DNA of 64,000 bases from Entomortierella parvispora E1425 (taxonomy: Eukaryota > Fungi > Mortierellomycota), in contig BQFW01000005.1 in NCBI GenBank assembly GCA_020891255.1, positions 248,001 to 312,000 of the forward strand. The letters run 5' to 3'. Below are positions 36,101-49,084 of this stretch, piece after piece. How positions within the stretch are numbered: position 1 is the first letter of the stretch; each line of letters opens with the position of its first letter. Made by a program: the position numbers and the translations under genes. The notes below the pieces were generated by a model that saw only the letters and a list, made by a program, of their open reading frames with translations, was not told where the DNA came from and made no database searches.

Positions 36101-36896
36101 GGGGCTGAGAAAGAAATGTGGGCAGTTGTTCGATGGTGCAAGGATCAAAGTTAGAGTGATCCCTGCCCCTTCCTCCAATCCGAGTCCGTTGGAGGGGCCT
36201 TTCTTCTTCTTCCTCTTCCACTCTCGTCCTTCCCTTCATCGCCCATCGCAATCGTAATCATGAAAACACTAAGAAAAAAAATAAAGCCCCCAGCTTTATT
36301 CCTTCGGAGGTTGAACATGGACAAAGATGGATGTCGCTGTTACTGAACTCATGTAGGAGGGCTATGAGCTTCGCTGCGCATTAAATAAGAGCGTCAAGTG
36401 TAGAGTCTAGCAGATCTAGGGGCAGATCTACGATAAGTCTTATCAAGCACCCTTGCATCGAACCAATGATATAAAATAAAAAGAAGTAAAAAAAAACCCT
36501 CCCAAAGGATGAGAACAAAGACTTTTGGAGACGGAGAAGATATTCAGTGAACCAGTCCCGGCTAAGACTCTTGACCTGCAAGGTCCATGGTTGGGTAAAA
36601 AGACAATGACCAAAGATCAAAAAAGGAGACTCATTGCCCTGCGCTCTGGAGTGATTTCTGACGATGCACACAACAGCGGACTCGATCCCTCTTTTCTCTT
36701 CTCTTCTCTTCTTCCTTTCTTGGCCGTCTGCCTTGTTTCGTTCTTGCCCTCTCCTTGAAGTATCGCGTTCCTTCAAGTCCACGGTGTTACGCGCGGCGCA
36801 AATTCACGACTTGATCAATACCAAAAAAAAAACTTCTTTCCGTATTCCCCCTCTCCCTGCAGGGCCGGGCAACGACAAGGGGCCAGATGAGGGAGT

Positions 36897-36984
36897 TGCC
36901 GTGCAGCTTCCATGGTGGTTCTCCCCCCTCCTTGATCCCTTGCCGTGCAGCTTCCATGGTGGTTCTCCCCCCTCCTTGATCCCT
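36897..36984 (+). repeat. Perfect 44-bp direct tandem duplication
   Basis: tgccgtgcagcttccatggtggttctcccccctccttgatccct at 36897-36940 and 36941-36984. Confidence 0.95.
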
Positions 36985-37342
36985 TTCTCTCCTCGCATGG
37001 GCGGATACCTTCCGCCGGAGGCTTTTGAGTTGCAACTAGTCGGTTGCCCCTCCATGGTCTCCAAATCTTATCTCTGACAACTGTCCCTTCCATCCTTCCG
37101 TCGCTACATGCCCAGCATCCCGCCCAGCAACCCGCCCGGAACGCGACTCTTCATGCAGTGATATAATCGGCGGGGGGCCCTTCATTGTCACTTTGACACT
37201 GGTCCACTTTGACACTCTCTCATTTTGACTCTCTTCTCCTTGCAAGTGTGCACTCTCCTTTTCTCTCCCATCAGTCCCATCAGTCCCATCAATCCCATCA
37301 ATCCCATCAAATCGCACGCAACAAGCCCTTGGGATTCCCAGG

Positions 37343-40300
37343 ATGAGCAACCACAAGCCTCCTTCTGACAAACTTGTCCAGTCCAGAGCATCATCATCAT
37401 ACGACCCATACTCATCCACCATACTCGACCTCGACACCGACGACGAGAAAATCATCCGTCGCCATGCACTGAAACAATTCTACGGGAGCGAAGGCACCGC
37501 CGCTAGTAGCTTCCTCACGGAGAAAAACGGCAAGAAAGGAGACAAAAACCTGGATTCCGATCGGCCGCCTTCGCCCATGACCGCAGCCTCATCCATTGCA
37601 CTCGAGCCAGAACAACATCCGTCATCCTCCAACAAGAAGCCAATGTCGAAGCCATTACCAAAGCCAGTCCTCTTTATCCAGGACGAGCTACAACGTCGAC
37701 GCCATCTTAGTCCCAAAAGTCGCCTTGTAGGATTTGGGTGTTGCTGTTGCTGCGTGGTGGCGATCCTACTGGCTGTGATCGGAATCCCCGTCTTTTATCT
37801 CGTCTGTCTACCGCGGATGGTCCAGTCAACAATTCAATCATCGCAAGTGCATTGGGATCAGATTTTGTTTGAGCCACCACCTTCTCTGTCATCCAACATC
37901 ATGACGTCCAAGAGGGCCGAGAGCAGCATCTTCAGCATGAAATTCGATGGCAAGGTAGAGAAGGCGGGCTTCTTTCCAGCAGTGATCGAGTTTCCGGACC
38001 CGATCACGGTCTATTGGCGAAAATCAGAGCTGGGCCAGCTGACGGGCCTCAAAGTGTTGGAGGTGACGATAGGAGGCCGAGGCACGATTCAGGAGGATAG
38101 GACCCAGCTTGAGATCTGGGATCGGGACTTGTTCTCAGGATTTGCAAAGAACTTGGTAATTGCACGACCAGATGGAGCTATACTTCCAGAGTTGAGTCGA
38201 CTTTTCGCTAACAGGCATTCTTTCCCTTTGATGTTGATAGACGGCTGCGAGTGGGACCGCTCAGGACGTGGATTGGTCAATATCAACGCGGGCTACAGTG
38301 TGGATAATGGGATTTATCCGCATCCCGAATGTTGAACTCCACAAGGATGTGCCAATACCAGGTAATAGGGCAAAGTACATATTTTCTCTGCTGTCGCCCA
38401 TGCCTTGATTTGTGAGTGTTTGCGCAATAAGGCTGGTCCACTGAATGGTTTATTTTTATTGGGTCCACATCAGGGATGAACGGTCTCCAAGACATCAAAG
38501 TTGCCAGTTTCGACCTCCCAGGAGACATACCTTCCAATAGCACCGGAAATGGCGGTGTCTTGATGGCGATGTCTCTTTTCTTGAACAACCCTTCACCTTT
38601 TGGCCTGGCACTCGGAGCTGTCACTTTTGATCTCATGTTTCAAGGGACCCTTATTGGCCAAGCAATCACAGTCTCTACAGAAACCAACACCGCGACACTC
38701 CATGGCAGTGGAATGTCTTCTTCGTCACCGTTGATGCTGGAGGGCTCTCTTTATCGGCAAACAAATCAGACGGATCTTGACAACTTGTCGACGCTCATGT
38801 CCAACTATCTCGCTGGAAAGATTTCCAACATCACAGCAAGGCCTGTCACTCGCGGATCCACAGATCTCAGTGGGGGCGTTACCCCTGATTCTTGGTTCTA
38901 CGACGACATCATGGCCTTGACGCTCAATATCCCTTTGCAGTCACCTACGACCCAAAACGTTCTTCGTGATGTTCAAATCACAGATCTTGGCTTCGTCTTT
39001 AGTCAAGCCTCAGCGTTTGCCCCGACGATCCAATCCAAAAGTATGTCTGGCGCGTTCAAGCTCCCTTTTAATATCTCGACTCAGGTGCAAAGCGTCCGGA
39101 ACACTATGGCTCTGGCAACTTCCCAAGGAACTCTCTTGGGCGACCTGAAGGAACTGGCGCCCAGCGTTGCCAGCTCTAGGGCGCCAGGAGTGATTGCGTT
39201 TAGTCTTGCGCCATCAAGGCTGACCATAGTCAATGAACAAGCCAAAGCGGATTTTGAGGCGTTCCTGGTCGACTTGACGAGTAAAGCAGAGGTACCATTC
39301 TCCATCACGGGTCTGTCGAATGCAACAATGAATACGGCTCTGGGACCTTTGATGCTGTTAAATCTACCGTTTAATTCAGCAGTGTCGATCAAGGCCTTTG
39401 GTCTCAACAGTCCAGGGCAAATGTCAGATGCGGTCGTGTTTTCGAATGCAATAGTTAGCGGGGGCACAGAAGACCATTTGATCATCACAGGGACGGCCTC
39501 ATTCATGAATCCTTCAGCCCTGAGTGTCATCACGGATGCGGGGATAATGTTGATGGTTCTGGACAGGAACACCAACCAGGTACTGGGTGAGCTCTCTGTC
39601 GGGAGTCTGAATATCGTCCCAGGATTGAACGTCATCCAGACCCAATTTTTATTCCATCCCATGGATCCTAATATCCGTGATATGTTCTTAAGCCAGTCCT
39701 TGGCTGGCGGGTCGACTGGACTGGGGAGTTATTCGACACCGTCCATCCCAATCCGGATCATCGGCTCCGGGTCTCCCTTTGCTCCTTTCGCCATGGGGCC
39801 TCCTCTTGCTGGCAGTAATCCAGAGCTCGAAAAAGCGTTATCACAGGTCGCGCTAAGCGGCTCTATTGCTGGTCTGAAGCCTTCGACTCTTATCACCTGG
39901 GGCCAGCTCACCTCCACCATTGGCGGCGCCGGCTCTGGACTTCTCACCACCCTCAGTTTTCAATTCCACAATCCGTTTGTGACCGAGCTTGTGATCACCG
40001 GCATCTCCAGCCAGATCATCTGGCGTGGCAATCTTTTTGGAGCTGTCAGTGATTCCGCAAGTATTAACTCTGTTCCTGCGAACGGCATCGCCTCATCGAG
40101 CACATCGATGCCGGTTCAGCATCCTCCGGGGCTGGATGGGTTGTCTATGACGGGTCAGTTTGATACTGCAAACCCGGGCGTGGCGCTGGGAGCAAGTGCG
40201 GGAGCGTTGGTGGCGTTTGATCTGGACAACGTGATCCAGGTCCGGATCGGGGGGCCGGTCGGATACGCAGCAACAGTCAAGTATCGCCAGACAGTGAATT

Positions 40301-40578
40301 TGATGACAAAGGTCAACGTACCCCCTCCAGCAGCCCTGGAGGCACCTCCTCCTCCTCCTCCTCCTCCTCCTGCTATTGTTGCGCCTTCTCCCCCTCCCCC
40401 TCCTCCTGCCACTGTTGCACCTCCTGCGCAGAAGCCTGCCCCTACGTCCGTTTTGTCGTCTGCCCCAGTCCCGGCGCCGGCACCGATTGCTGGAGCCGCT
40501 GCGGTGCCCGTAACTGACAGGACTGGTTCTCACCCCTCTACGCCCCCCACTTCGGCTCCCTCCCCAGGCTCACACTGA
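37343..40578 (+). CDS. DUF3712 (Tag1/LEA-2-like repeat) single-pass membrane protein with Pro-rich tail, 3 exons
   Basis: N-terminal TM helix (CCVVAILLAVIGIPVFYLVCLP); middle exon DWSISTRATVWIMGFIRIPNVELHKDVPIPG then MNGLQDIKVASFDLP; repeated (F/L)xNPSxxxxxLGxxxF modules. Confidence 0.75.
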
Positions 40579-41848
40579 CTCCAAGATCTCCCATCGATTT
40601 AACTTGGTAAAATAATTCTCAGCTGGGTCGTAGGAATAAAAAGCGAGCAGGAGGAAGATGAATCAAAGCCAGGCCTTTTTGTTTCCATAGAGTGGAGGGT
40701 TGTCGTTTCCAACAGAACGAGTAGCTCTTGTTTGCCCAGGAAAACAAGATCAGGAAGGGCGGCGCGAGTGTGGCAATCATATTTTGGGACGACAGGGTTG
40801 CACAGTGCTAAAAAAAAAATCATCAAGGTCGATGTCCAGTAGGAGGGTTTGGGCTGGGGTGAAAATGGTTGCCACAGCCAAAGACAGCAAAGAACAATCA
40901 AGAGCTTCGCTGGGAAAGAAAAAAAATAATGTGGCAACGCCTCTGGTGGCAAAGATCCTCAATTACCGTTAGCGCCCAGAGCTCTCTCGGGCGGCGTGCA
41001 GGATCTAAAACAGACTGACAGGGAGCAGACACGAAAAGGAAAGTATGAGTAGACAGCAACAGTTCAGAAGGCGGAAGCGGATTTGACAACAGCGACGGTC
41101 GTCGGCATAGAAGATGTGGACCTTGTTTGTAAGGTCCATGACAAAAAAACCCCCCTACGAGAGGAAGCGTTGAGGATGAAAGTGCCTCCTGGTCTGGCCT
41201 GGAAGAGAGAAGATGGGAGACAATCACCCCCGGATAGAGTGCGTCTTTTTCCCGTGTGCAATTTCCTGGCAATTGCTCTTCTTTTATGGTGGGTCCCCTG
41301 TCACTGACCTTTCCCCTGTCTGTTGTCGTTGTTGTCTCTGTTGCGAGTTGGAAGGCCGTCCAACCAACCAAAGTCCATGCAGGCCTATAACTCCAATAAT
41401 AAACCCCCCGATTGTCCACCCAGCACGCAGTCGCGAAAACTCTACCTGTCCACCTCGACTCCTCCTCACCCTTCGTCCTTCCGCGCCTTCGATTGTCATA
41501 ATAGACCTTGAACAAGAAAAGAAAAAAGAGAGAGCCTGTCCTTCCCTTCTTCTTCTTCTTCTTTCACCTTCACCTAACTTCTCCCTCCTCCACGAGTCCT
41601 CCTCCATCCTCTTCAACCGTCGCTGCCACCCACTTTCCTTCTCCCAGGACAGAAAACGCACAATTGGCGCACACCACATCCCCTCCCAACGGCTGTGAAA
41701 CATCCTCGGGCTTCTTGTGACCACAGGCACAAAAAAAGGGCCAACCCTTGGAGAACACCCCAACGCTCATTCGGCTCCATTCCTCGGTGAATCACCATCG
41801 ACAACAACAACTACATTCCAAAAAAAAAAAAAAAAAAAATACAGCAGG

Positions 41849-43829
41849 ATGCCTCGCAAGTACGGCACCACGGTCTATGTGAGGAGCAAGTGGCCCCTGA
41901 TGCTGAGAGTCAAGGGTACTGTTATCTTGGCTATCTGGTGGCAGATTCTCTTGGTCGGCATTTATTCCTCCGTGGTCTTTGTGATCCACCACTACACGGA
42001 CTGGAAGATGAACTACGGCTTGGTAAGTCCTCTTTGACCCCAAAAAGTCAGACAGAGCAGACCGAGGGAGGGGCCGAGATCTCGATCGTATCTTCCCGAG
42101 TACAGTACCAAGGCACTACCAGGAGAACAAACAGACAACAGGACGGAGATTTGAGGGGGGTTTCCATCGCAGGCGCTGAGTGGTCGAGACTCTAATTCAT
42201 TATTAACCTGCCCCTTTTTTCAAATTATCTAGTCCCTGGTTTCCATCATGGGCATGGTCGTTTCGCTGTTGCTGGTTTTCCGTACCAACACTGGTAAGTC
42301 AATGAGGTCTTTTCTTTTGTGTTTGTGGCTATACAAACTTCACTGCCCTCCTGGTCTTAGTTCTTTTTATGTGGTCATTTTTTTCGTGTTCCGCGGATGT
42401 TGCGGATGAGTATTTGTTGCCTGCTGTTGAATCATGGACGTGCTCATATTCCGCTTTTGTGCTCTCTGGGCCTCATTTCATTTGCAATTGGGCTTTGAGG
42501 GGTCCACAATTGGGGATTTGGGGAAAAGAAAAAGGCCGCAGCCCACCACTCACGCCGCAACAACAAAAATACAAAAGAAAAAAAAAAAGATGTCGCCAAC
42601 CGGTTCTGACTTTCCCCGTCCCACTGATCCGTTGAACAAAATTAGCCTATGACCGTTACTGGGAAGGTCGTCGTCTTTGGTCCCAGATGACGCTCTCGAT
42701 CCGTAACTTGACTCGTGGTATCTGGGTCTGTGTGGCCGAGACTGAGACGCGGGACGTGCTCGAGAAAAAGTCGGCCATCAACCTGTTGGTGGCGTTTGCG
42801 TATGCGACCAAACACTACTTGCGCGAGGAATACGGATACGATTACGATGACATGGTCGATCTTTTGACCCATATCCCCAAATACTCTCTCCCCACCTCGA
42901 CTCAACCCATGGACTGGCGCAGCGATATCCCCACCGCTCTCGAGACTCTTCAACAGCAACCCCCAGCGCGCTCTCACTTGTCTGAGAAGTCTGGCGGACA
43001 GGATATCGGAGCCAGCTCAAACGTCAGTCAGTCTGCTGGCACCCGAGCTCGTCATCGCCAGTCCAAGGCCCAGGCCTTGGCCTTTGATTTCTTGACGCCC
43101 ACCAACATCCCCGTGGAATTGACGTACTATATCGGATCTTATATCAAGGCGTGCAGCAACAAACAAAAGGTCGATGCCGCGACCTTGACCATGATGAACA
43201 ACGCCCTAGTGATGATGGTCGATTGCTTGACAGGATTCGAGAGGATTCTCAGGACACCAATCCCCTTGGCCTACTCGATTCATTTGCACCACGCCACCTG
43301 GATCTATATTCTGGCTTTGCCCTTCCAGCTGGTCAGCGGTATGGCCGCCTTGATGATCCCCGCCGTGATGTTGGCGGCGTTCACATTGTTGGGAATCTTG
43401 GGTATCGGTTACGAGATTGAGAACCCCTTCAATGACGATTATAACGATTTGCCCTTGGATGATTTCTGCAAGGTCATTCAGGCCGAGGTCGAGTCGATGG
43501 TGGCCACCCGTTCGCCTGTCCCCTCCGATTGGATCTTCTCTGATGACAACTACCCTCTTTCCAACTCGAGATTGTCGGCCAAGGAGCTCTCAGTCCTGTC
43601 ATTGGAAAAAGTCCACGAGCTGATGGCCCAGGAGAACCAAGGAAGAAGATCTTCAAACGTGCAATACTCAAGAGCTGTGCCTGGCAACAACAATGGAGGC
43701 GGTGCCTATCTGGAGCCTGGTTCACCCACAAGGGCCCAGTCCGGCGGCTTGCCGTCGGTGGTCATTGATGTTCCTCCCACTTCGTCCAGTGGATTGACCA
43801 AAGTTAACAGCAACAAGGCCACCGTCTAA
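41849..43829 (+). CDS. Bestrophin-like (UPF0187/YneE/VCCN1-type) anion channel, 3 exons
   Basis: VVSLLLVFRTNT|AYDRYWEGRRLWSQM, FAYATKHYLREE, ERILRTPIPLAYSIHL, IGYEIENPFNDDYNDLPLDDFC. Confidence 0.92.
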
Positions 43830-44190
43830 AAAAAAAAAACAGTCGATGAATGACTTCTTTCTCATGATCGGGAGGTTGGTCCTTCCTTCTCTTTCTCATC
43901 TGAACTTCAAGGAATCGAGTCGACTCGACGAACAAAGACCTCTCCCTCTCCCAGCACTTTTAAAAAAAATAATAAAAAACGCCCGACATTCATAATTCAT
44001 AACATATTTTGATCAACGTCACCAGGAAGGCATGGTCACTTTTGATGATGATGACAAAAACCGCAAGGTTTTTTACTACTACATTGGTCCTAATGCAGGA
44101 CAATACAATTACAACATAATATACAGTATGTACAAGATACATCGATGGCCACACCACCTGCATCTCCAATCCGAGATACTTGAACGGGAC

Positions 44191-46206
44191 TCATGGGAGA
44201 GAGGGGAACGCCGAGCCGACTCCAAGAGGATGCCTGGCCATCCATGCCTGGACCTTATAAAGGATCTCTCCTTGCCATTTGTCGGGCACTGCGAATCCGA
44301 CGCGATCGTAAAGGCCCACGATGGTTTGTAGCACCGGCCAGTTCTCCCGCATCCATTCGAGCTCCTGAACACCAATCTTGTGAGCCATCTTCGAGACATC
44401 TAAGATCCGCAGCCGCTTCAAGCCTCCCAGTTCATCTAGACCAGATGAAAGCGACATCGAAATGCAGCGGAGTTGTTCTGGCTGTGGGCCACCTGACGAG
44501 ATCGTCCTGTTCCTTTGTGGCATACGGGTTATGGTGGACACCTGACTGTGGGGACCATGTCCAAGGCAGAGCTCCTTGAGCGAGGTGAGTTGCCCCAATT
44601 GACCGTATATCTTTTGGCTCTCCGTTGTCGCCTCGTCTTCTTGGTGCGAGACTACGACGCTGGCGATGTTCGAATCGCTGCTCGAGCTAGTACTCCAATC
44701 AATAAGGTCTGAGCGCGGGATCCCTCCAATGTTGATTGCAAGGGACTCGAGTCCCAAGCATGACCAAGACGACGGGGCATCAACATCGGAGTTCAAAGTA
44801 GCTGCAGCCTCGGTCTTGACTGACGTGACTTGACCATCACTCGCTTGGCCTATCTCTCCCATCTCCTTCTCTACGACTGCACTTTCCACGATTGGATCAA
44901 ACAATCCACCAAAATCCATTGGTTGGTACCGGATGTGATGAGCGGCGATTGACAGGTCAAACCTCTGGACAAACGGACGAGAGAAGGTCAGTCCACTCAG
45001 CACTCTGAGATTCTCTGCAGCGACTAAAAATTCCTGCAAGAACTCCCCATCGAAACCAGAGACTCCCTCGACCACCAAACTCTCGATCATTGGCGCGCCG
45101 CTGAGAAGAAACGACCTTGCGCGACCCCCAATCGTTCCTGACGGCGACAGGGAGAGGTGCTGCAACATCACCCCCTCCAGAAAAAGGCCCGCGATTTCGT
45201 CTGTCACTGCCGGGACGTCGTAGCAGAGTCCCCTGAGATTCTTTAGTTGCGTGCGAACAGCAGAACCAAGGCGAGCTGGTGCCATTGACCAGGCACGATA
45301 CCGATGTATCTCGAGCGTTTTAAGGTTTGGGCAGCGTTGTAGGAAGGCCACCAAAAGTTCCTCGGGAACTAGCCCACTCACGGAGAAATGCTCCAGTACT
45401 GGCAGAGTAGGCAACACACCGTTGGGCACAGATCCCCAGCCCCGTCCGTTCTCGACATAACCGAGCGCATCCAAGTCCACAAATAGGGACCGGAGAACAC
45501 CTGATTGAATCCAAAAGAGCGCGCAAGTGGATCTAGGGTCGTTACCCTGCATAGGACTCAGTCTCCTAATTCCAGACAAAGACAGATGCCTGAGTGCACC
45601 TGCCCTACGAACGACCTCTAAGATGGTCTCCAGTTCGGATGCCACCAGCGACTGGACTTGAGGAAAGGCCAAATGAACCGATTCCAACATTTGCAGCGCT
45701 CTTTCGGCTCGACCAGCAAGCAGCATCTGACCGTGGCCTAGTCCTTGTGAACTCTCGAACGATCGAAGGCGTTCCAAAGAGGCTTGGAACAGTATCTGAG
45801 AGGAATCCCGGTGGAATCGTCTGCACTGAAGAGGCGAATACAAGCGAACGTCGCTCCAAAGTTCTCGGGACCACATTCCACTCCACTGCTGAGAGACCCT
45901 GCAACACCTGGCTATACTTGCATGGCCAAGATATCCTGCTATCGTCGGGGCAATCTCCGGAGGTAAGTAGTTCCAAGATGTGATGCGAGGGGCGGGGACG
46001 AGGGCGAAAGAAAGCACAGGAGAAGACTCCTGTTGGACTGTGTGTTCAACGACAGTCTGAACTCGCTCGCGTGTGAGTTGCTGCTCCCAAACAGATCTCC
46101 ATGTTCTCGACACCAATTTACAGTTGAGTTTATCCTCCTTGGAGAGATAAATGCAAATGAAAGAAACAACCTCAGGCCAAAGAAGATCCCAAGAACTGTT
46201 GGTCAT
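44191..46206 (-). CDS. Intronless F-box/LRR (RNI-like) protein with two F-box-like motifs (copy A)
   Basis: LWPEVVSFICIYLSKEDKLNCKLVSRTW and LPPEIAPTIAGYLGHASIARCCRVSQQW; LRR tail LGQLTSLKELCLGH...SGLDELGGLKRLRILDV...ELEWMRENWPVL. Start at 46206 is supported because copy B has a 1-bp indel in the upstream extension. Confidence 0.88.
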   Translation of the reverse strand: MTNSSWDLLWPEVVSFICIYLSKEDKLNCKLVSRTWRSVWEQQLTRERVQTVVEHTVQQESSPVLSFALVPAPRITSWNYLPPEIAPTIAGYLGHASIARCCRVSQQWSGMWSRELWSDVRLYSPLQCRRFHRDSSQILFQASLERLRSFESSQGLGHGQMLLAGRAERALQMLESVHLAFPQVQSLVASELETILEVVRRAGALRHLSLSGIRRLSPMQGNDPRSTCALFWIQSGVLRSLFVDLDALGYVENGRGWGSVPNGVLPTLPVLEHFSVSGLVPEELLVAFLQRCPNLKTLEIHRYRAWSMAPARLGSAVRTQLKNLRGLCYDVPAVTDEIAGLFLEGVMLQHLSLSPSGTIGGRARSFLLSGAPMIESLVVEGVSGFDGEFLQEFLVAAENLRVLSGLTFSRPFVQRFDLSIAAHHIRYQPMDFGGLFDPIVESAVVEKEMGEIGQASDGQVTSVKTEAAATLNSDVDAPSSWSCLGLESLAINIGGIPRSDLIDWSTSSSSDSNIASVVVSHQEDEATTESQKIYGQLGQLTSLKELCLGHGPHSQVSTITRMPQRNRTISSGGPQPEQLRCISMSLSSGLDELGGLKRLRILDVSKMAHKIGVQELEWMRENWPVLQTIVGLYDRVGFAVPDKWQGEILYKVQAWMARHPLGVGSAFPSLP

Positions 46207-46440
46207 AGCTGTAACGAGAGGTGGTTGGTGGACGTTGTTATTATTGTCTTTAGAGAAGATACTATAGAGTAAGTTCACTTGCAGACTTGATCCGGGTCAG
46301 AGAGGACAGAGTGGGCCAGGCGGGAGAACAGGCGAGAGAAACGGGCGAAGCGCGGTGGCAAATTTAGAGCGGCAGAGATGGCGCGAGTCGTATCGAGGGG
46401 GGGTTCCTTCTCTTGAGGAATCAACAATCAGACAGACAGA

Positions 46441-46476
46441 CAGACAAGCAATCAGACAAGCAATCAGACAAGCAAT
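46441..46476 (+). repeat. 12-bp unit cagacaagcaat x3, preceded by a (CAGA)n run
   Basis: Read directly, upstream of F-box copy A. Confidence 0.85.
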
Positions 46477-46969
46477 CAGGCAATGAGTCTTCACGTTGAT
46501 GCAAATGCACGCGTGCAATGAAGAAGAGAGATTGCTGATGAGTGAATCCCTTTTCCCAGCGGCACCCCTTTTATATTTTATATTTACATACGGCCCGCAC
46601 GCGTCAACGGACAATGGACGTTCTCAATATTGTCGCGCACATACCCCTTCAAAGAACAGTCACCTCTGCCGCAGCACTTGAGTCACCCATGTACCATACA
46701 TATAACACATGTCCTTCTGTCATTCCCTCTTGCTCATCAACCAAACCCTTCCGAATGAACTGCACTACTTTTGGACTCCTACAACGCAACGACTCCTTAG
46801 TACTTCGATCTGGCGGAAACCACTCTCACTTCGATCCCGATCCGGCAACACTACTATCTATTACTCTCAAAGACATGCCTTTCTGCTGGTTTGCTTTTTT
46901 TTGTTGGCTTTGCTGTTTTTGCTGGTTTTTGCTGGTTGTTGGATGTTGGTTGGTGTTTATGGTCGGTGT

Positions 46970-47014
46970 GGGTTGTGGGTTGTGGGTTGTGGGTTGTGGG
47001 TGGCGGGTTGTGGG
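46970..47014 (+). repeat. (GGGTTGT)n heptamer array with seven G3 tracts; potential G-quadruplex
   Basis: GGG at 46970, 46977, 46984, 46991, 46998, 47005 and 47012, separated by 4-nt loops. Confidence 0.8.
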
Positions 47015-47599
47015 TTGTTGGCTGTTGGTTGTGGGTTGGTTGTGGGTTGGTTGTTGGTTTTTATTTGTTGTTTCTTTCGTTTCTCCCCCATGTCTTGCTC
47101 TCAGGTCGACCGCTGCCCTCTTGCCCCCCCGCCCCCAGTTAGCGAAGGACGACCTGCGTCGTGGGTGAGCCCCTGTCTGAAATTTATTTCTAGACACCGC
47201 ACGAAGAAGTGGGTGTGCAGGGGAACTACAGAGGCGTCGCTGGGTTAACTTATCGGGAATGTGTCTTCGACCTGACCGGCACCCAAGGTAAGTCAAGGTA
47301 AGTGGGGTGCGATGGCCTGCCGCCTGCTCGTTGGCGTGCCCTGCACAACTTGCTTATTTCTCTTTTCGAAGAGAGATGACAGTTGACTGAGAGCAGGCCC
47401 AGATAGAAACTGGGGGTTTTTTATGGTGAACGAAATATTAATAAATGTGATTTCAACTATTCTCATCTCTCTCCCTCTGGAATCTTGTGTATCGAGTCGA
47501 CTCGACAAAAAGAAACAACGACCCCTTCCCCTTCCAGCATTCCTAATAATGAAGCACTCGACGTCTATAATTCGTAACATGTTTATTGTACATGAACGC

Positions 47600-48800
47600 T
47601 CGTTGGTCGCTAGGTGAAGGAAGTGGATACCTCTTTTTATGACAAACTTGGGTAAATGTTTGTGGATGCTTAACAAGCCATACTCGAACGGTTTGGAGGA
47701 CTTCCATCTGCCATTTGTCGGGGATGGGGAATCCAACTCGGTCCTCTAATCCGACGATGGTGTGCAGCACCGGCCAGTTGACTCTCATCCATTGGAGTTC
47801 CTCGACACTAATTTTATGAGCCATCTTGGATACGTCCAAGATCCTCAGCTGTTTGAGGCCAGATAGTTGGCCTAAGCCGGATTCAAGTGACAGAGATATA
47901 CAGTAGCTGCTCAGCCTGTGGGCGACTCGAAGAAATTGTTCAGTTCCTTCTTGGCATTCTGGTAATGGAGGATGCTCTGCTACAAGGACGTGTGGCCAAG
48001 ATGCAGTTCGCACAGCGACGTGAGTTGTCCCAGCTGGCCATACACCTTTTTAATCTCGGGGGTCATCGCGTCCTTTGCGGACGTTACCACAGCTGTAGCT
48101 ACACTCGAGCCATTGTTAGAGCCAGGAGTCCAACCGTACATATCGGAGCGTGGAATTCCGCCAATGTTGATGTGGAGGGACTCTAACCCCAGATTGTTGT
48201 AGCTGAGCTTTTGCGCGAGTACAGTTCCTTCATGGTCATGGTGATGGTCGGTCTCGTGAGAACATGGGCTCTTGTTATCCAGTTCAACTGGCTCGACCAT
48301 TGAGGTTTCCTTCCTTGCAACAAAAGCCTTCACTGAATGGGAGTAGTGGTCAACTTGAACATCAACCCCACCTTGTCGCATCGCCTGACTGGTCAATTGG
48401 CGCTTTGACTTGAGCTTCCTGAACATTTTGAGGTTCTTTGCGGCGGTTAGGAGTACTCGCCATCAACCCCCAAGACCTCCTCTACTCTGAAACTATTCAG
48501 AGTTGTAGCTCTGCTCAGAAAGATTGCTCTTGTACGGGTCCCAGCGGTCCAGAGTGACCGCTGCGAACTAGACAGTGCAATGGGCTCAAGTTCAATACCC
48601 AAGTTTCTCGGAATCAGTAGCGAACCACTGTGCCAGTGGTAGTGGAGTTGGAGGCCCGAACTGGTGAATGTACAAGGGGTCATTCAATGGGCTTTCGCCA
48701 ATGAGCCGTTGGCTGTAGAACCTAAAAGTCTGGATGGCACTCTCGAAGCGAGTAGAGTTGATTTTGCCGAGGCCAGTATCTGACCGTGAGTTTCTACCAG
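47600..48800 (-). pseudogene. Decayed F-box/LRR paralogue with nonsense codons and frameshifts; degenerate homology may extend to about 50150
   Basis: Fragments HGQIL, GTRTRAIFLSRATTLNSFRVEEVLGVDGE, LESLHINIGGIPRSD...LGQLTSLCELHLGH*, ITRMPRRN*TISS and ISLSLESGLGQLSGLKQLRILDVSKMAHKI...WPVL match copies A/B in shifting frames. Confidence 0.85.
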
Positions 48801-49084
48801 TCCAAGAGAACTTTCAACGTTTCGATGGATAGGAAAGAAATGGAGCGCTTGCGTCTACATAGAGGCTATTCTAGAGTGCCAATAAAAGATCTATCCAGTT
48901 GGGTTCGGACTAATGAGCTGGTCGCAAATACTATATTAACGACCATTGAAGAAGGATGGAAATCGAGGGCGGTCAACAAGGAGCGGTGAAGGTTTGTCTT
49001 TGTGATAGAGTTGTTAACATTTGAGGGAGCAGTTCAGGAACGTAGAGGACCGACGATGCGGTATAACACGCAAAGCGAGAGGAT

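Noticed and set aside
46970-47060. Interstitial telomere repeat
   Set aside because: The unit is GGGTTGT rather than TTAGGG-like, short and degenerate; the telomere repeat of this organism cannot be determined from the window.
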